This document shows, piece after piece, positions 23,992-36,303 of a stretch of 64,000 bases of DNA; the first letter of the stretch is position 1, and each line of letters begins with the position of its first letter. Origin of the DNA: Octopus vulgaris (lineage: Eukaryota); the NCBI GenBank assembly GCA_951406725.2, contig OX597823.1, forward strand, positions 84,134,001-84,198,000. The letters run 5' to 3'. The notes under the pieces are model-generated. The model saw only the letters and a list, made by a program, of their open reading frames with translations. It did no database searches and was not told where the DNA came from. Position numbers and translations under genes: made by a program.

Positions 23992-25118
23992 GTAGAGTAA
24001 ATATTAAATATTTCCTTTTTTTTGTTTGTTTACTGACTCGCTTCAGTACTTGAAGTTTTGTACTGAGGGCAGTTGGGCAGTTTCATTGTTGATTAACCCT
24101 AGATCAATCTTGATTGTGTAGACATGATTTTCAGACATTCCAACGTTAATCCTCTATCTTTTGTCATTGTCGTCATTTAACATCTGGTTTCCATGCTGGC
24201 ATGATTCGGCCAGTTTGACAGAATCTGGTGAGTCAAAGAATTACATTATGCTCTAATGTTTATTTTACGGTTTCTACAGTGCACGGTCCTCCTTAAAACC
24301 AGCCACAAAGTGCACTGGTTCAGTCCCACTGCATGGCACCTTGGGCAAATGTCTTCTGCTATAGCCTCAGGGCGACCAAAGCCTTGTGAGTGGATTTGGT
24401 AGATGGAAACTGACAGAAGACTGTCATATACATATATGTGTAGGGCATGGCTGTGTGGTTAGGGAGCTTGCTTCCTAGCTACATGGTTTCGGGTTCAGTC
24501 CCACTGCGTGGCACTTTGGGTAGGTGTCTTCCACCATAGCCCCGAGCTGACCAGAGCTTCGTGATTGAATTCGGTAGGTGGAAGTTACTGCCGTGTGTGT
24601 ATGTGTGCGTGTAGGTGCTTGTGCCTCTCCGAAACAGAGAGAGGGAATAACCATCTCATTTATAGTTCAATGTAGCCTCCTTTATTTAACCTTTTAACAT
24701 TCAGATCATTCCTTCAGATGTGCTACTTGCTTATTCACACTGCTTTGAGTTAATGGTAGATTTGAGATTTCAATGATGTGATTGCTTATATTTAGAATGA
24801 CATTGTAGGCTAAGTATGATAAGCCAGATCTGGCCAGTTTTTAATGTAAAACAGGTAGAATATTTGGACAGGCAAAGCCAGTTTAAATGCTAAAGGGTTA
24901 AGTAATAATGTGTACGGGAAACTTAGCTGCTATTTCTTGCAGATCAAGAAACCTAGAGCTTCTCTCAACAGTTTCATTGTTAAAAAAAAAGCTGTGGCTA
25001 AAATAGGGAAGTTTGATTTTAGTTCAGTCCATTTGTGTATGTTTGTGAAAAAAAGAAAGTGTTCAGATTCCTTATTTAGTGAGGTTTTTTTTTTCTTTTT
25101 TGCTGTTTTGCTTACCAG

Positions 25119-25249
25119 GTTATTGGTCCACTAAAAGACGATGAGGTGTTCATACAGGAGGATTTCTCATTGTTTGAGAAACATCTGATGCAAACAAGTG
25201 CAAAGAAAATTCAAGCTCATGTTGAATCTGCTAATGCTAATAGCGACAA
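25119..25249 (+). CDS. UGGT1: UGGT exon 18
   Basis: VIGPLKDDEVFIQEDFSLFEKHLMQTSAKKIQAHVESANANSD; phase 0 to 2. Confidence 0.92.
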
Positions 25250-25266
25250 GTAAGTTTTATTATTGA

Positions 25267-25647
25267 CTAGCCCGGCGTTGCTCGGGTTTGTAAGGGAAAT
25301 AACTATATAAGCATTTTTAGAGATGTAACGTATAATAGCCATCTCAATATGGCTAACCACAAAGGTGGGTGGTGTTACTGTAGCTTTTTACGTTCTGAGA
25401 TTTAATAATAAATTTTTAGAGAGTTACTTCCCTTATATATGCAAAAAATGCATTAAAAACTGGGAAAAATTGATGGTAAATTTTTTTTTAAATCGTAGAC
25501 TCATCGAAGACGTGTACTAATACCCAGAAGGGCTCGATATGAATCACGACTATAAGATACCCGGTTTTGGTTAAACTGCACCGCAAAATGTGGGAGTCTA
25601 AATCGTAGGAGACAGACAGCACACAACCTCTCTTTTATATATAAAGA
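25267..25647 (-). mobile_element. Non-autonomous Helitron
   Basis: Minus strand A|TCTTTATATATAAAAG...CCCGAGCAACGCCGGG CTAG|T: 5' TC, 3' hairpin plus CTAG, A/T target. Confidence 0.8.
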
Positions 25648-25715
25648 TATATTTATTTTTCTATAACAGATTCGCCGAGGTGTGGCAGGGCCTGGACCTT
25701 GTGCTGAATCATATT

Positions 25716-26470
25716 ACACTACAGAAGCCCAAATATTAGGTTGCACAGCACTTACAAAACCCAGAAGAATGGGTCACATAATGATACAGGACCCAGAATA
25801 GGTGTTGCTCTATATTAATGTACCCAGAAGAACTGGTCTTACACATTGGTAAAGTACCCAGAAAAATAGATCTTACTCTATAGATCTTACTCCAGTGGTT
25901 CCCAAAGTGGGCAGTATTAACCCCTTGGGGGCAGTGGAAAGTTCCATTGGTGTATTGAAGAAAATTGGGTGATAGTGGGGTAGCGATTCATTTAAAAATT
26001 GGGATGATAATGGAGGTAGCGATTCATCTAAAAATTGGAACGGTAATGGGGTAGCAATTCATGTAAAAATTAGGATAATAATGGGGTGGCAATTCATGTA
26101 AAAATTGGGACAATAGTGGGGTGGTGATTCATGTAAAAACAACAAAATAATGGGTTCATTAAGTTATATTTGTGAAATACAGCTGCTTTGAATTTGCTTC
26201 AGAAAGGGGTCTACGTTTGTAGTGGTTGATTGAGGTAGTGGGGGCAGGATGGGGGGGGGCTAAGAATGTGGCCTGAGTGTTAAGGGGGTGACAGCCCAAA
26301 AAAGTTTGGGAACCACTGCTCTATACTAAAGTGCCCTGAAGAATACGTCTTACTCTATAATAAAGTACCCAGAAAAATAGGTCTTACTCTGTGCTAAAGT
26401 ACCCAGGTGAATATGTTTTACTCTATACTAAAGTACTCAGAAGGACTGGTCACACAGCACTAAAGAACCT
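25716..26470. repeat. Degenerate ~34-bp minisatellite interrupted by a hAT MITE
   Basis: Unit approximately TACCCAGAAGAATAGGTCTTACTCTATACTAAAG on both sides of 25893-26318. Confidence 0.7.
25893..26318. mobile_element. hAT (Charlie-like) MITE with internal ~35-bp repeats
   Basis: TIR CAGTGGTTCCCAAA / TTTGGGAACCACTG; five AAAATT.G..GG.GTRGYRATTCAT units. Confidence 0.75.
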
Positions 26471-27547
26471 AGCAGGGTTAGTGCAACACTACAGAAAATA
26501 ACAACACCAGCTAGGTAACAGTAGGCGCAATGCCCCTATTAGCATGGCCTTCATTAATAAGAACCTGCTACGAATAGTTTGCTTCATAAATAAAGGTATT
26601 TACTGTATTTACTCATGTATTATCCCCCCTAATTTAGTGTTAAATCTTGGTACAAAGCTTTTTGTGGCTGTGTGGTAAGAAGCTTGCTTCCCAACCTCAT
26701 GGCTTCAGGTTCAGTTCCACTGTGTGGCATCTAGGGTAAATGTTTTCTACTATAGCCTTGGCCTGGCCAAAACCTTGTAAGTGGATTTGGTAGACAGAAG
26801 TTGAGAGAAACGTGTCATATATATATCAATGCTTGATGACTTACGTTGGTTTGTTTACCTATAACTTAACGGTTCAGCAGAGGAGACGAATAGAATAAGT
26901 GCTAGGCTTTAAAAGGAAAAAGTTCTGGTGTTGTTTTGTTCGACTACAGCCTTATCAAGGCAGTGCCACAGCATGGCCACAATCACACAACTGAAACAAA
27001 CAAGCAAGCTATCTCACTCCAGTTTTACAGTTAAAATGTAGTATAGGTGCAGGAGTGGCTGTGTGATAAGCAGCTTGCTTACCAACCACATGGTTCCGGG
27101 TTCAGTCCCACTGCATGGCACCTTGGGCAAGTGTCTTCTACTATAGCCACGGGCTGACCAAAGCTTTGTGAGTGGATTTGGTAGACAGAAACTGAAAGAA
27201 GCCTGTTGTATATATGTGTGTGTCTGTGTTTGTCCCCCCAACATCACTTGACAACCGATGCTGGTGTGTTTACGTCCCTGTAACTTAGCTGTTCAGCAAA
27301 GGAGACCGATAGAATAAGTACTAGGTCTACAAAGAATAAGTCCTGGAGTCGATTTGCTCGACTAAAGGCGGTGCTCCAGCATGGCTGCAGTCAAATGACT
27401 GAAACAAGTAAAAGAGTAAAAAAGAGAGTAAAGAGTATAAAAAAATGCACTTAGACACGAGTAATTGCACACATGCATACACACACATATTTCTGATTTT
27501 GTTGTCCCTCTTAATAGTATTTCTTTGCATGTCTTGTTGTCTTTCAG

Positions 27548-27643
27548 GGCTAGTGACCTCGTGATGAAGATCGCCTCCTTACTGTCCGCAAAAACACTAA
27601 GTGAAAGCCGTAAAGACATCAACTATCATACTGATGGTCACAG
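27548..27643 (+). CDS. UGGT1: UGGT exon 19
   Basis: ASDLVMKIASLLSAKTLSESRKDINYHTDGH; phase 2 to 2. Confidence 0.92.
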
Positions 27644-28605
27644 GTAAATAGTAAAAAATAAAAATAAAGAAAAAGCTATTTATGTATCATATTTAATGCA
27701 TACACTCTTGACAGGCCAGTTAACTGTAGTACTTGTCCTGAGATAACATCTCTCTTGTATGTTCGTAAAGGTCAGAGGAAAACGAAAATCCATCCCAGTA
27801 GCAGAGAACGCCAGATGCATTTTGGCCTTTTTGGACCTTTTCCAACTACATTCTCAGACAAGAATTCACTGCCTCTGGTATTGTAAAAAGTAACTGAAAC
27901 ATTCACAGATGTTGCCTGTAGTCATCCAGCTGAATAAATTTCCAATATACACAAGGGAGGCAATATACTGAATTAATAGAGGGCAGCGAGCTGGCTGAAT
28001 CATAGCTCCAATCTGATCTGGCAAGGTTACTACAACTGGATGCCCTTCCCACCGGCACAGGAGCCAGTCAGGCAGCACTGGCAACCACATTCAAATGGTG
28101 CTTTTTACATGCCACCGGCACAGGAGCCAGTCATGGGGCACTGACATTGACCATTTTCAGACGATGCTTTTTACATGCCACCAGCACAGGGAGCTAGTCA
28201 GGTGGCACTAGCATCAACCCTCGCTTAAATTGTGCTTATTATGTGCCACCAACACGAGTGCCAGTTAGGCGGCACTGGTATCAGCCACAGCTATAATTTC
28301 TATTTTGTTTTCGATTTTATTTGACCCAGGTCTTCTCAAGCAAAGCATATCGCTTGAGAAGACCTTCACTATGGCAGTATATGTTACCTATTGTTATCAC
28401 ACTTTCTTGCAATTCTCCATTAGAGGCAGCATCTGTGTGTCTTTCCTCCTACAAGTCTCATGTTACAATGTTATTCCACCTCACTGTTACTATGTCTCTC
28501 TCTCTCTCTCTCTGCCATCCACACACACTTCCTCTTTCACCGTTCTTCATTTTGTGGCTCTGATCACACTCATCTCCCATTTTCTCCGAAATATATTCCC
28601 TGCAG

Positions 28606-28708
28606 CGTCATCAAAATACCTGCTGACCCGAATGCACCCTCATTTGAAGTTGAAGTCATCATGGACCCTGTATCAAGAGAGGCTCAGAAGCTTATTCCTA
28701 TTTTAATT
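28606..28708 (+). CDS. UGGT1: UGGT exon 20
   Basis: VIKIPADPNAPSFEVEVIMDPVSREAQKLIPILI; phase 2 to 0. Confidence 0.93.
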
Positions 28709-29327
28709 GTAAGTAACTGATTTAACTCTATGACCCCCACAATAACATTTTTTCTCCTTTCCTGTACATGTCTGTCGGGCAACCACAGATTTAGATTCTA
28801 CTTTTTTTTTTTGCGATCACACAACTGGAATGCTCTGAACAGAATAATAGAATCAGACGCTAGATTCATTTATAACAGAATTAAAGAATTCCAATTTCAC
28901 ACTTCCCATGTCACCACTTCCGCTTGTTATTTATTCCAACATCAAACGAGATTAAACAAACCTACTTTCACCTTGCAAAGTTCTTTAAGTTTTGGTTTGT
29001 TTATTCACAAATGATTTGATCTTAAGGAAGGGCCTGGGTCTAAGACCCTTACAGGCTGTTGGAGATCAATGAGATTGGTGGGTTTAACACTGTTGTTCAT
29101 CTCCTCTTATCTCCACCTGCAATAGAATTCTTTTACTTGTTTCAGTCAGTTGACTAGAGCCATGCTGGAGCACTGTCTTTAGTCGAGCAAATCGAACCCA
29201 GGACTTAGTCATTGTAAGCTTAGTACTTATTCTATCGGTTACTTTTGCCGAACCGCTAAGTTACAGGGACATAAATGCACCAGCATCAGTTATCAAGTGA
29301 AGTTGGGGTACAAACACACACACACAC

Positions 29328-29361
<34 letters not shown>

Positions 29362-29940
29362 CAGGCTTCTTTCAGTTTCCGTCTACCAAATCCATTCACA
29401 AGGCTGTAGTAGAAGACACATGCCCAAGGTGCCACACAGTGGGACTGAACCCGGAACCATGTGGTTGGTAAGCAAGTTTCTTACCATACAGCCACTCCTG
29501 TGCACTATCAAGATATATTTGCCTCTATAGTATGAATCTATGTTATTTGACATACCATCTGTGCTATGTTGGAAGAAGGTATTAATTTTGTTTTTTTCCT
29601 TCTAGATTGATTGCTTTCACCACAACTAGGATCAATCTACCCCAGTGGTTCCCAAAATTTTTCAGGCTGCTGTCCACTTGACACCCAGGCCACATTCCTA
29701 GCACTCTCATCCCATCTACCCATCACAAGCATAGACTTCTTTCTGAAGCAAATTCAAAGCAACTGTATTTCACAAATAAACCTTAACCTAATGAACCCTT
29801 CATTTTGATGTTTTTTACATGAATCGCCACCCCATTATCAACCTACTTTATTTCAATGCCCATTATTAACTTGCTGTTATTAGAGTAATTTTTGATTCTT
29901 CAAACTGTTGTTTCAAGACTTTATTCTTTCCGATTTCTAG

Positions 29941-30020
29941 ACCCTTCAGAGTGTTGCCAACATGAATATCAAGATTTATATGAACTGCAAAGACAAGCTG
30001 TCAGAACTGCCCCTTACAAA
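29941..30020 (+). CDS. UGGT1: UGGT exon 21
   Basis: TLQSVANMNIKIYMNCKDKLSELPLT; phase 0 to 2. Confidence 0.93.
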
Positions 30021-30409
30021 GTAAGTGCTTTAGGTGTTTTTTTATATTCTGTCTCAAGGTAAATATTGTAGTTAATGGCATAGAAGATGAACAGGCATAT
30101 TAGGTGTATCCCAAATTCAACTGGGAAAAAATATTTTAGTGCATTACAGCATGTAATAGAGGCCCAATTTCACATAGAGGACCCAGGGTGATTTATTTAT
30201 TCTTTTACTTGTTTCAGTCATTTGACTGCGGCCATGCTTGGGCACTGCCTTTACTCAAATGAATCAACCCCAGGATTTATTCTTCGTAAGCCTAGTGCTT
30301 ATTCTATTGGTCTCTTTTGCTGAACAGCTAAGTTACGGGTGACATAAACACACCAACAAAGGTTGTCAAGCGATGGTGGTGTGGCAAACATAGAAATACA
30401 AACATATAT

Positions 30410-30717
30410 TCTTTGTTCCTTCTCGAGCCATGCCTGGCTCATAAGATAAGGGCTGGTTTCCTGGTTTCCTTGGCATACAGGTTCCCTACTTGGATGGAAC
30501 ACTGGTCCGTCGCAGGTGAGCTGCAAGATGCAGGAGGAAAGAGTGAGAGAAAGTTGTGGCGAAAGAGTCAGCAGAAGTTCACCATTACCTTCTGTTGGAG
30601 CCGCGTAGAGCTTAGGTGTTTTGCTCATAAACACACACATTGCCCGGTCTGAGATTCGAACATGCGATCCCTCGACCGCGAGTCCGCTGCTCTAATCACT
30701 AGGCCATGTGCCTCCAC
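30410..30717 (-). mobile_element. V-domain SINE copy nested in a CORE-SINE
   Basis: Reverse complement of 781-1092; 12-bp TSD ACAAACATATAT at 30398-30409 and 30718-30729. Confidence 0.8.
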
Positions 30718-31828
30718 ACAAACATATATATATATATACATATATATACGACAGGCTTCTTTCAGTTTCCATCTACCAAATCCACTCACAAGGCTTTGGT
30801 CGGCCTGAAGCTGTAGTAGAAGACATTTGCCCAAGGTGCCATGCAGTGGGACTGAACCACGTGGTTGGGAAGCAAGCGTCTTACCATGTAGTCAAGACTG
30901 CACCTATTTATTATTTTTTTTGTGACATCATCATCATCATCATGTCTATAAAAAAAAGAACTAAAAGAAAAATTGTGCATCTTATATGCCATGAAATATG
31001 GTAAATGTTATGATGTTAGCAGCAAAACATTGGTTTCACTGTACTTTCCAATATACAGTGGCAAAGGATTTGTTTAGTAAACCTGCAAGATGGTTTGCCC
31101 ATATTGGAGGTTAGGGCTGGTTTCCTGGTTTCTCTGGTTTACATATTTCTCCCTGGATGGGACGCTAGCTCATTGCAGAGTTGCTCCTTTTTACCAGCTG
31201 AGTGGTCTTGGAGCAATATAAAATGCAGTGTTTTGATCAAAAACGCAACAGATGGACATTGGTACTTATTTTTTAAGTCTTGCAGGTGGCACGTAGAAAA
31301 CACCAACTGATCGTGGCCACTGCCAGCCTCCCCTGGCACCTATGCCGGTGGCACATAAAAAGCACCCACTACACTCACGGAGTGGTTGGCGTTAGGAAAG
31401 GCATCCAGCTGTAGAAACACTGCCAGATCAGACTGGAGCCTAGTGCAGCCTCCTGGCTTCCCAGACCCTAGTCAAACCGTCCAACCCATGCTAGCATGGA
31501 AAGCGGACGTTAAACGATGATGATGGTACTTTTTCTCCTGGTCACTTTTGCCAAACTGCTAAGTTATAGGGATGTAAACAAGCCAACACCTGTTGTCAGT
31601 TGCTATGGGGAGGGCAGAAATACATGCACAAACATACACATAAGTGTGTTCGATGGCTTCTACACAGTTTTCCATCTACCAGATTCACTCATAAAGCACT
31701 GGTCGTCCCAGGGCTATAACAGAAGTCATTCGCTTGAGGTGACACAGGGTGGGACTGAACCTGAAGTCTCATAGTTGCAAAGCAAGCTTCTTAACCACAC
31801 AGCCATGGTGGAAAACTTTTATTATATA

Positions 31829-32215
31829 CTAGCAGTATCGCCCGGCATTGCTCGGGTTTGTTTCGACCCTTTAGAATTGAAATTTTTGTAAAATAAAAAT
31901 TTTGCATTATGTAGCTTGTTATTCTCTTTAAATGAACATTTTTCTGGTTGAAATATACCGTAAAATGGCGACACAGCAGTCAAAAATCGTAAAAATAGGG
32001 ATTTTCATGGAAAAAAAGCACCTTTTTGATGTAAATAATTTTTGGTGTTAATATGGTCCGATTTGAATTTGTTCTACGGAAGGAAGAGCAAGCCTTCTTC
32101 TATCATACTCTCAATTTTGGTCAACTTGCGCCACAGGGTCTCGGAGGAGATAGTGTTAGTTGAAGGCTACCAAACCTGCCATACAAAGACAACTTCAGCT
32201 TTGTCTATATAGAGA
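31829..32215 (-). mobile_element. Non-autonomous Helitron, different body
   Basis: A|TCTCTATATAG...CCCGAGCAATGCCGGG..CTAG|T. Confidence 0.75.
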
Positions 32216-32323
32216 TTTTCATTTTCAACATAATTTGTCTTTTATTCATGGAAGATAATAAAATTGTAATTAATTGTCAATCCTTTTGCTAAACTGGAAA
32301 CATTTGATTTTGTTCCAATCCAG

Positions 32324-32513
32324 CTTCTACCGCTATGTACTGGATCCTGAATTGAAGTTCAGTGTTGATGGAAATGCCATCTCTGTTCCTTATGCTAAAT
32401 TTGAAAGCTTACCCCAAAAGTCGTTGCTCACCCTCAACATGCACCCGCCAGAGAGCTGGTTGGTAGAAGCAGTGAAATCACCCTACGACTTGGATAACAT
32501 CATGTTAGAAGAG
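32324..32513 (+). CDS. UGGT1: UGGT exon 22
   Basis: FYRYVLDPELKF...LLTLNMHPPESWLVEAVKSPYDLDNIMLEE; phase 2 to 0. Confidence 0.96.
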
Positions 32514-33215
32514 GTACGTAGTCATATGTTACACATCTCTATCTGTCTGTTTATCTATCTTTCTCCATCCTTTTTCCTTTCTCTCTCTCTCCATCCCTTT
32601 CCCTCACTCTCTATACATATATACACACACTCATATTAACATTTATATACATTTGCTTATTTATTTAACTATTATTGTTAACCTGAAGAGTGGCTATGCT
32701 ATAATCTTAAATTGGATTGTTTTTCGATTAAATTAAAATTTAATTGTAATTCGAATTTAAATTATAGCCATGAAACGTATGTAATTTTTTTTTACTTATT
32801 ATATATTGTTTATTCATTTTTGTACTTTTTGTGATCGAGTTATATGTTTTAAAAAATATATTTTATTTTTTATTTATGATTTCGTTTATGTCTATCATTG
32901 TTTGAATTGCATAATAGTGGTTTTTCTCTAATTTATATATTATATATATATACATATATAAGATGCAGCTACATGTGGACTGTTAGCAATATTTTTTTTT
33001 TTGCACATTCCTCTGTCTCCTGTTTCTGAATAAGAGCTTTGCTCAAAACGTAAAACAACCATTCTTTCTTTCCTTCTCTGAGCGTCTTAGTAATACTTTG
33101 CATGTACCATATCCTTGTGTTGTTTTTTCCGCTTGGCTTTTTTCCTCTGTTTTTCTTAATGTGAGTGTATGTATATATGTATCTGTATTTTACGTTATTG
33201 ATTTCTATTATGCAG

Positions 33216-33267
33216 GCCAGTAATGGAGTATCAGCTGAATTTGAACTAGAATACCTCTTGCTTGAAG
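33216..33267 (+). CDS. UGGT1: UGGT exon 23
   Basis: ASNGVSAEFELEYLLLE; phase 0 to 1. Confidence 0.94.
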
Positions 33268-33448
33268 GTAAGCGACAAATTATATTCATATTTATTTATT
33301 TTTTTAATATGTATTTAACAAGAGTGTGCAGATGGCTAAGACAATAGTTTAGTAAGTTGGCTGTTCATAACACATTTGATTTCCAATGTGCATTTTCACT
33401 TATTTTCCTTCTTACTTCCCCCTGTATGTTTATATATATATATATATA

Positions 33449-33932
33449 TCTTTATATATAAAAGTGAAGTTGTGTGTCTGTCTCCTACGATTTAGATTCC
33501 TAACTACTTCCACATTTTGCGGTGCAGTTTAACCAAAACCGGGTATCTTATAGTCGTGATTAATATTGAGCCCTTCTGGGTATTAGCACGCGTCTACGAT
33601 GAGTCTACGATTTAAAAAAAAATTTACCATCATTTTTTCCATTTGTAATGCAGTACTTATTCTATCGGTCTCTTTTGCCGAACTGCTAAGTAACGGGGAC
33701 ATAAACACACCAGCATCGGTTATCAAGCAATGCTAGGGGGACAAACACAGACACACAAACATATATATATATATACATATATACGACAGGCTTCTTTCAG
33801 TTTCCTATTTTTGGGCTATAACTCTCTAAAAATGCTTATATAGTTGATTTCACTTGCCCAAGGTGCCCACAGTGGGACTGAACCCGGAACCATGTGGTTG
33901 GTAAGTATAGCTATTACCACACAGCCACTCCC
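33449..33932 (+). mobile_element. Helitron 5' part interleaved with CORE-SINE pieces
   Basis: 33449-33652 is the reverse complement of the 25440-25647 region; followed by alternating SINE/Helitron/SINE segments. Confidence 0.7.
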
Positions 33933-33974
33933 AATGTTATATGGAAAAAATTCTCATTAAAGATGAAAGGAAGA

Positions 33975-34340
33975 ATCTATATGAGTTGTGTGAGAGCTGT
34001 ATTGGAGTAAGACATGGTGTCTGAGGAGAGAAAGAGATGGGGTGATGCTGTTTGATACGAGGACTGAAGATTTGATGGGGATGCTGGGGCTGGAGGAATA
34101 GGTGGAATGGTTGGAGTATGGGCATGTGTTGAGGAGGGTGATTGCATTTGAGGTAAATGGAGCGCGAAAGCAAGATAGACTAAAGAAAAGGTGGAGGAGG
34201 AGATTGAGAGGGTTGGTTTGGAAAAGGATGCCCAAAACCAGGTGAGAGGATATGAGGGCTGTTGCTATGGCACTGAGGTAGATCCGGTCACCCCTGTTAT
34301 CGGGGATAAAACCTGGATTTAAAACACTGGAGGAGGAGGA
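33975..34340 (+). mobile_element. Old RTE-like LINE 3' fragment
   Basis: YGHVLRRVIAFEVNGARKQDRLKKRWRR resembles RTE GHV.R...GRPK..W. Confidence 0.55.
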
Positions 34341-34488
34341 TGATAATATATGTAAAATATAGGCTTGTACATTGTATGTGTGCATTAAAAACAGGAAATC
34401 TTTATCAAATTTCCTTTTTGCAGGTATCTTTTGTAATATATAAGTATATTTCTTTTTTTTTTTTTTTTGTTATTTTTTTCTCACCTAG

Positions 34489-34595
34489 GACATTGTCATG
34501 ATTCCAGCAGTGGCCAACCACCCCGTGGACTACAGTTTACTCTCGGTGCCAATAACTCTGCTTCCCTTGTCGATACTATTGTTATGGCAAATTTG
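34489..34595 (+). CDS. UGGT1: UGGT exon 24
   Basis: GHCHDSSSGQPPRGLQFTLGANNSASLVDTIVMANL; phase 1 to 0. Confidence 0.96.
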
Positions 34596-35094
34596 GTATG
34601 TTCTCGACAAATATTCTCATCATTTGAAAAATATTGAAAAAATAAAGTAAAAATTAGTTTTTGTATATTTTCAGTTTAATTTAATTAAATTGAAATTCTC
34701 ATTTTACTGCATTAAAAATTCAAAGCAATCTTTTTTTTGGTGGTGGTCCTTTTTTAGTTTATTTATATATTTATTTTTTAGTTTTTTTCCCTATTTCGTT
34801 ATGGTTTCTAATTTTAAATCTGCTAAAATTATTCTTTTGTAAACTGGATAGACGAAAGGAGAGTTATTGAATAATGATAATAATCCTTAGGCACAAAGCC
34901 TGAAATTTTAAGAGAAGGGGCTAATTAATTACATTACCCCTGGGCTCAACTGGTACTTATTTCATTGATCCCATCCCCAAAAGGATGAAAGGCAAAGCTT
35001 CATCTTGGCAGAATTTGAACTCTGAACATAAAGACGGATGAAATGCTGTTGAGCATTTTGTCCCATGTGCTAATGAGTCTGCTTCATAATACCT

Positions 35095-35312
35095 TAATAA
35101 TAATAATAATAATAATAATAGTAATAGTAATAATAGTAATAACAATAATAATAATAATAGTAATAATAGTAATAATAATAGTAATAATAATAATAATAGT
35201 AATAATAATAATAGTAATAATAGTAATAGTAATAATAATAATAGTAATAATAATAATAATAATAGTAATAATAATAATAGTAATAATAATAATAGCAATA
35301 ATAGTAATAATA

Positions 35313-35351
<39 letters not shown>

Positions 35352-35383
35352 GTAATAATAATAATAATAGTAATAGTAATAAT
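35095..35383. repeat. (TAA/TAG)n microsatellite, ~96 triplets
   Basis: Seen directly; explains the poly-Leu and poly-Ile ORFs. Confidence 0.97.
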
Positions 35384-35853
35384 TGTTTCAAATTTTGACA
35401 CAAGGCCAGCGATTTTGTGAGCTGGGTGGTCGAGTACATTAAAACAAGTACTTGCCTGGTACTTACTTCTATTTAATGGTCTCAATATAAATATACTATA
35501 TTGCATAGCTGCATTTCATCTGTCTTTATGTTCAGAGTTCAAATTCCGCCAGGGTCAGTTTTACCTTTCATCCTTTCAGGGATCAATGAAATAAATACCA
35601 GTTGAGCTTTGTGGCGGGGGTCAATGTAATTGATTAGCCCCATCTCCTAAAATTTCAGGACATCCCTTGTGAAATTCCTTCGATCATAAGTCTATCTAGT
35701 GAGGGCTGAAAATTAAAAAACCACCTAGAAATTAAAAAACTTTGCTTCTAAATTCATTTTTACATCCTATTTTTAAATGACAATTTTTCTTTGTACAATT
35801 TTTCCTATAAATCAGTTGCATTCATACATTTTTCTTTTCTCTTAATTTAATAG

Positions 35854-35939
35854 GGATACTTTCAGTTGAAGGCTTATCCTGGAGTTTGGCTTTTAAAGCT
35901 GAGAGAGGGGCGGTCTTTAGATATTTATGAAATCTTAAG
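35854..35939 (+). CDS. UGGT1: UGGT exon 25
   Basis: GYFQLKAYPGVWLLKLREGRSLDIYEIL; phase 0 to 2. Confidence 0.96.
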
Positions 35940-36090
35940 GTGAGTGTAATATTAACACTATTTCTTATTCTTTGAAGCATTAAATATACTGCAGGTGTGG
36001 CAAAGTGGTTAAGAAGTTTCCTTCCCAACCATGCCATCTTGGGTTCAATCCTGTTGCTAATATAGGAACGGATCTACCCAGAGCTATATT

Positions 36091-36303
36091 CTTTTCTACT
36101 CTAGGCACAAGGCCTGACATATTTGGGGAGGGGCCAGTCGATTACATTGACCCCAGTGCATAACTGGTACTTAATTTACCGACCCCGAAAGGATGAAAGG
36201 CAAAGTCAACCTCGGCAGAATTTGAACTCAGAACATAACGCCAGACGAAATACCATTAAGCATTTTGCCCGGCGTGCTAACGTTTCTGCCAGCTCGCCAC
36301 CTT
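36091..36303 (-). mobile_element. Meta-domain SINE with 18-bp TSD
   Basis: TCTACCCAGAGCTATATT at 36073-36090 and 36304-36321. Confidence 0.85.

Noticed and set aside
34411-34429. TTTTTGCAG|GTATCT recursive-type site
   Set aside because: Weak donor, short intron, and only 65 nt from the real acceptor; probably a decoy.
34957-35506. Poly-Leu and poly-Ile ORFs of 125-160 aa
   Set aside because: Translations of the (TAA/TAG)n microsatellite.
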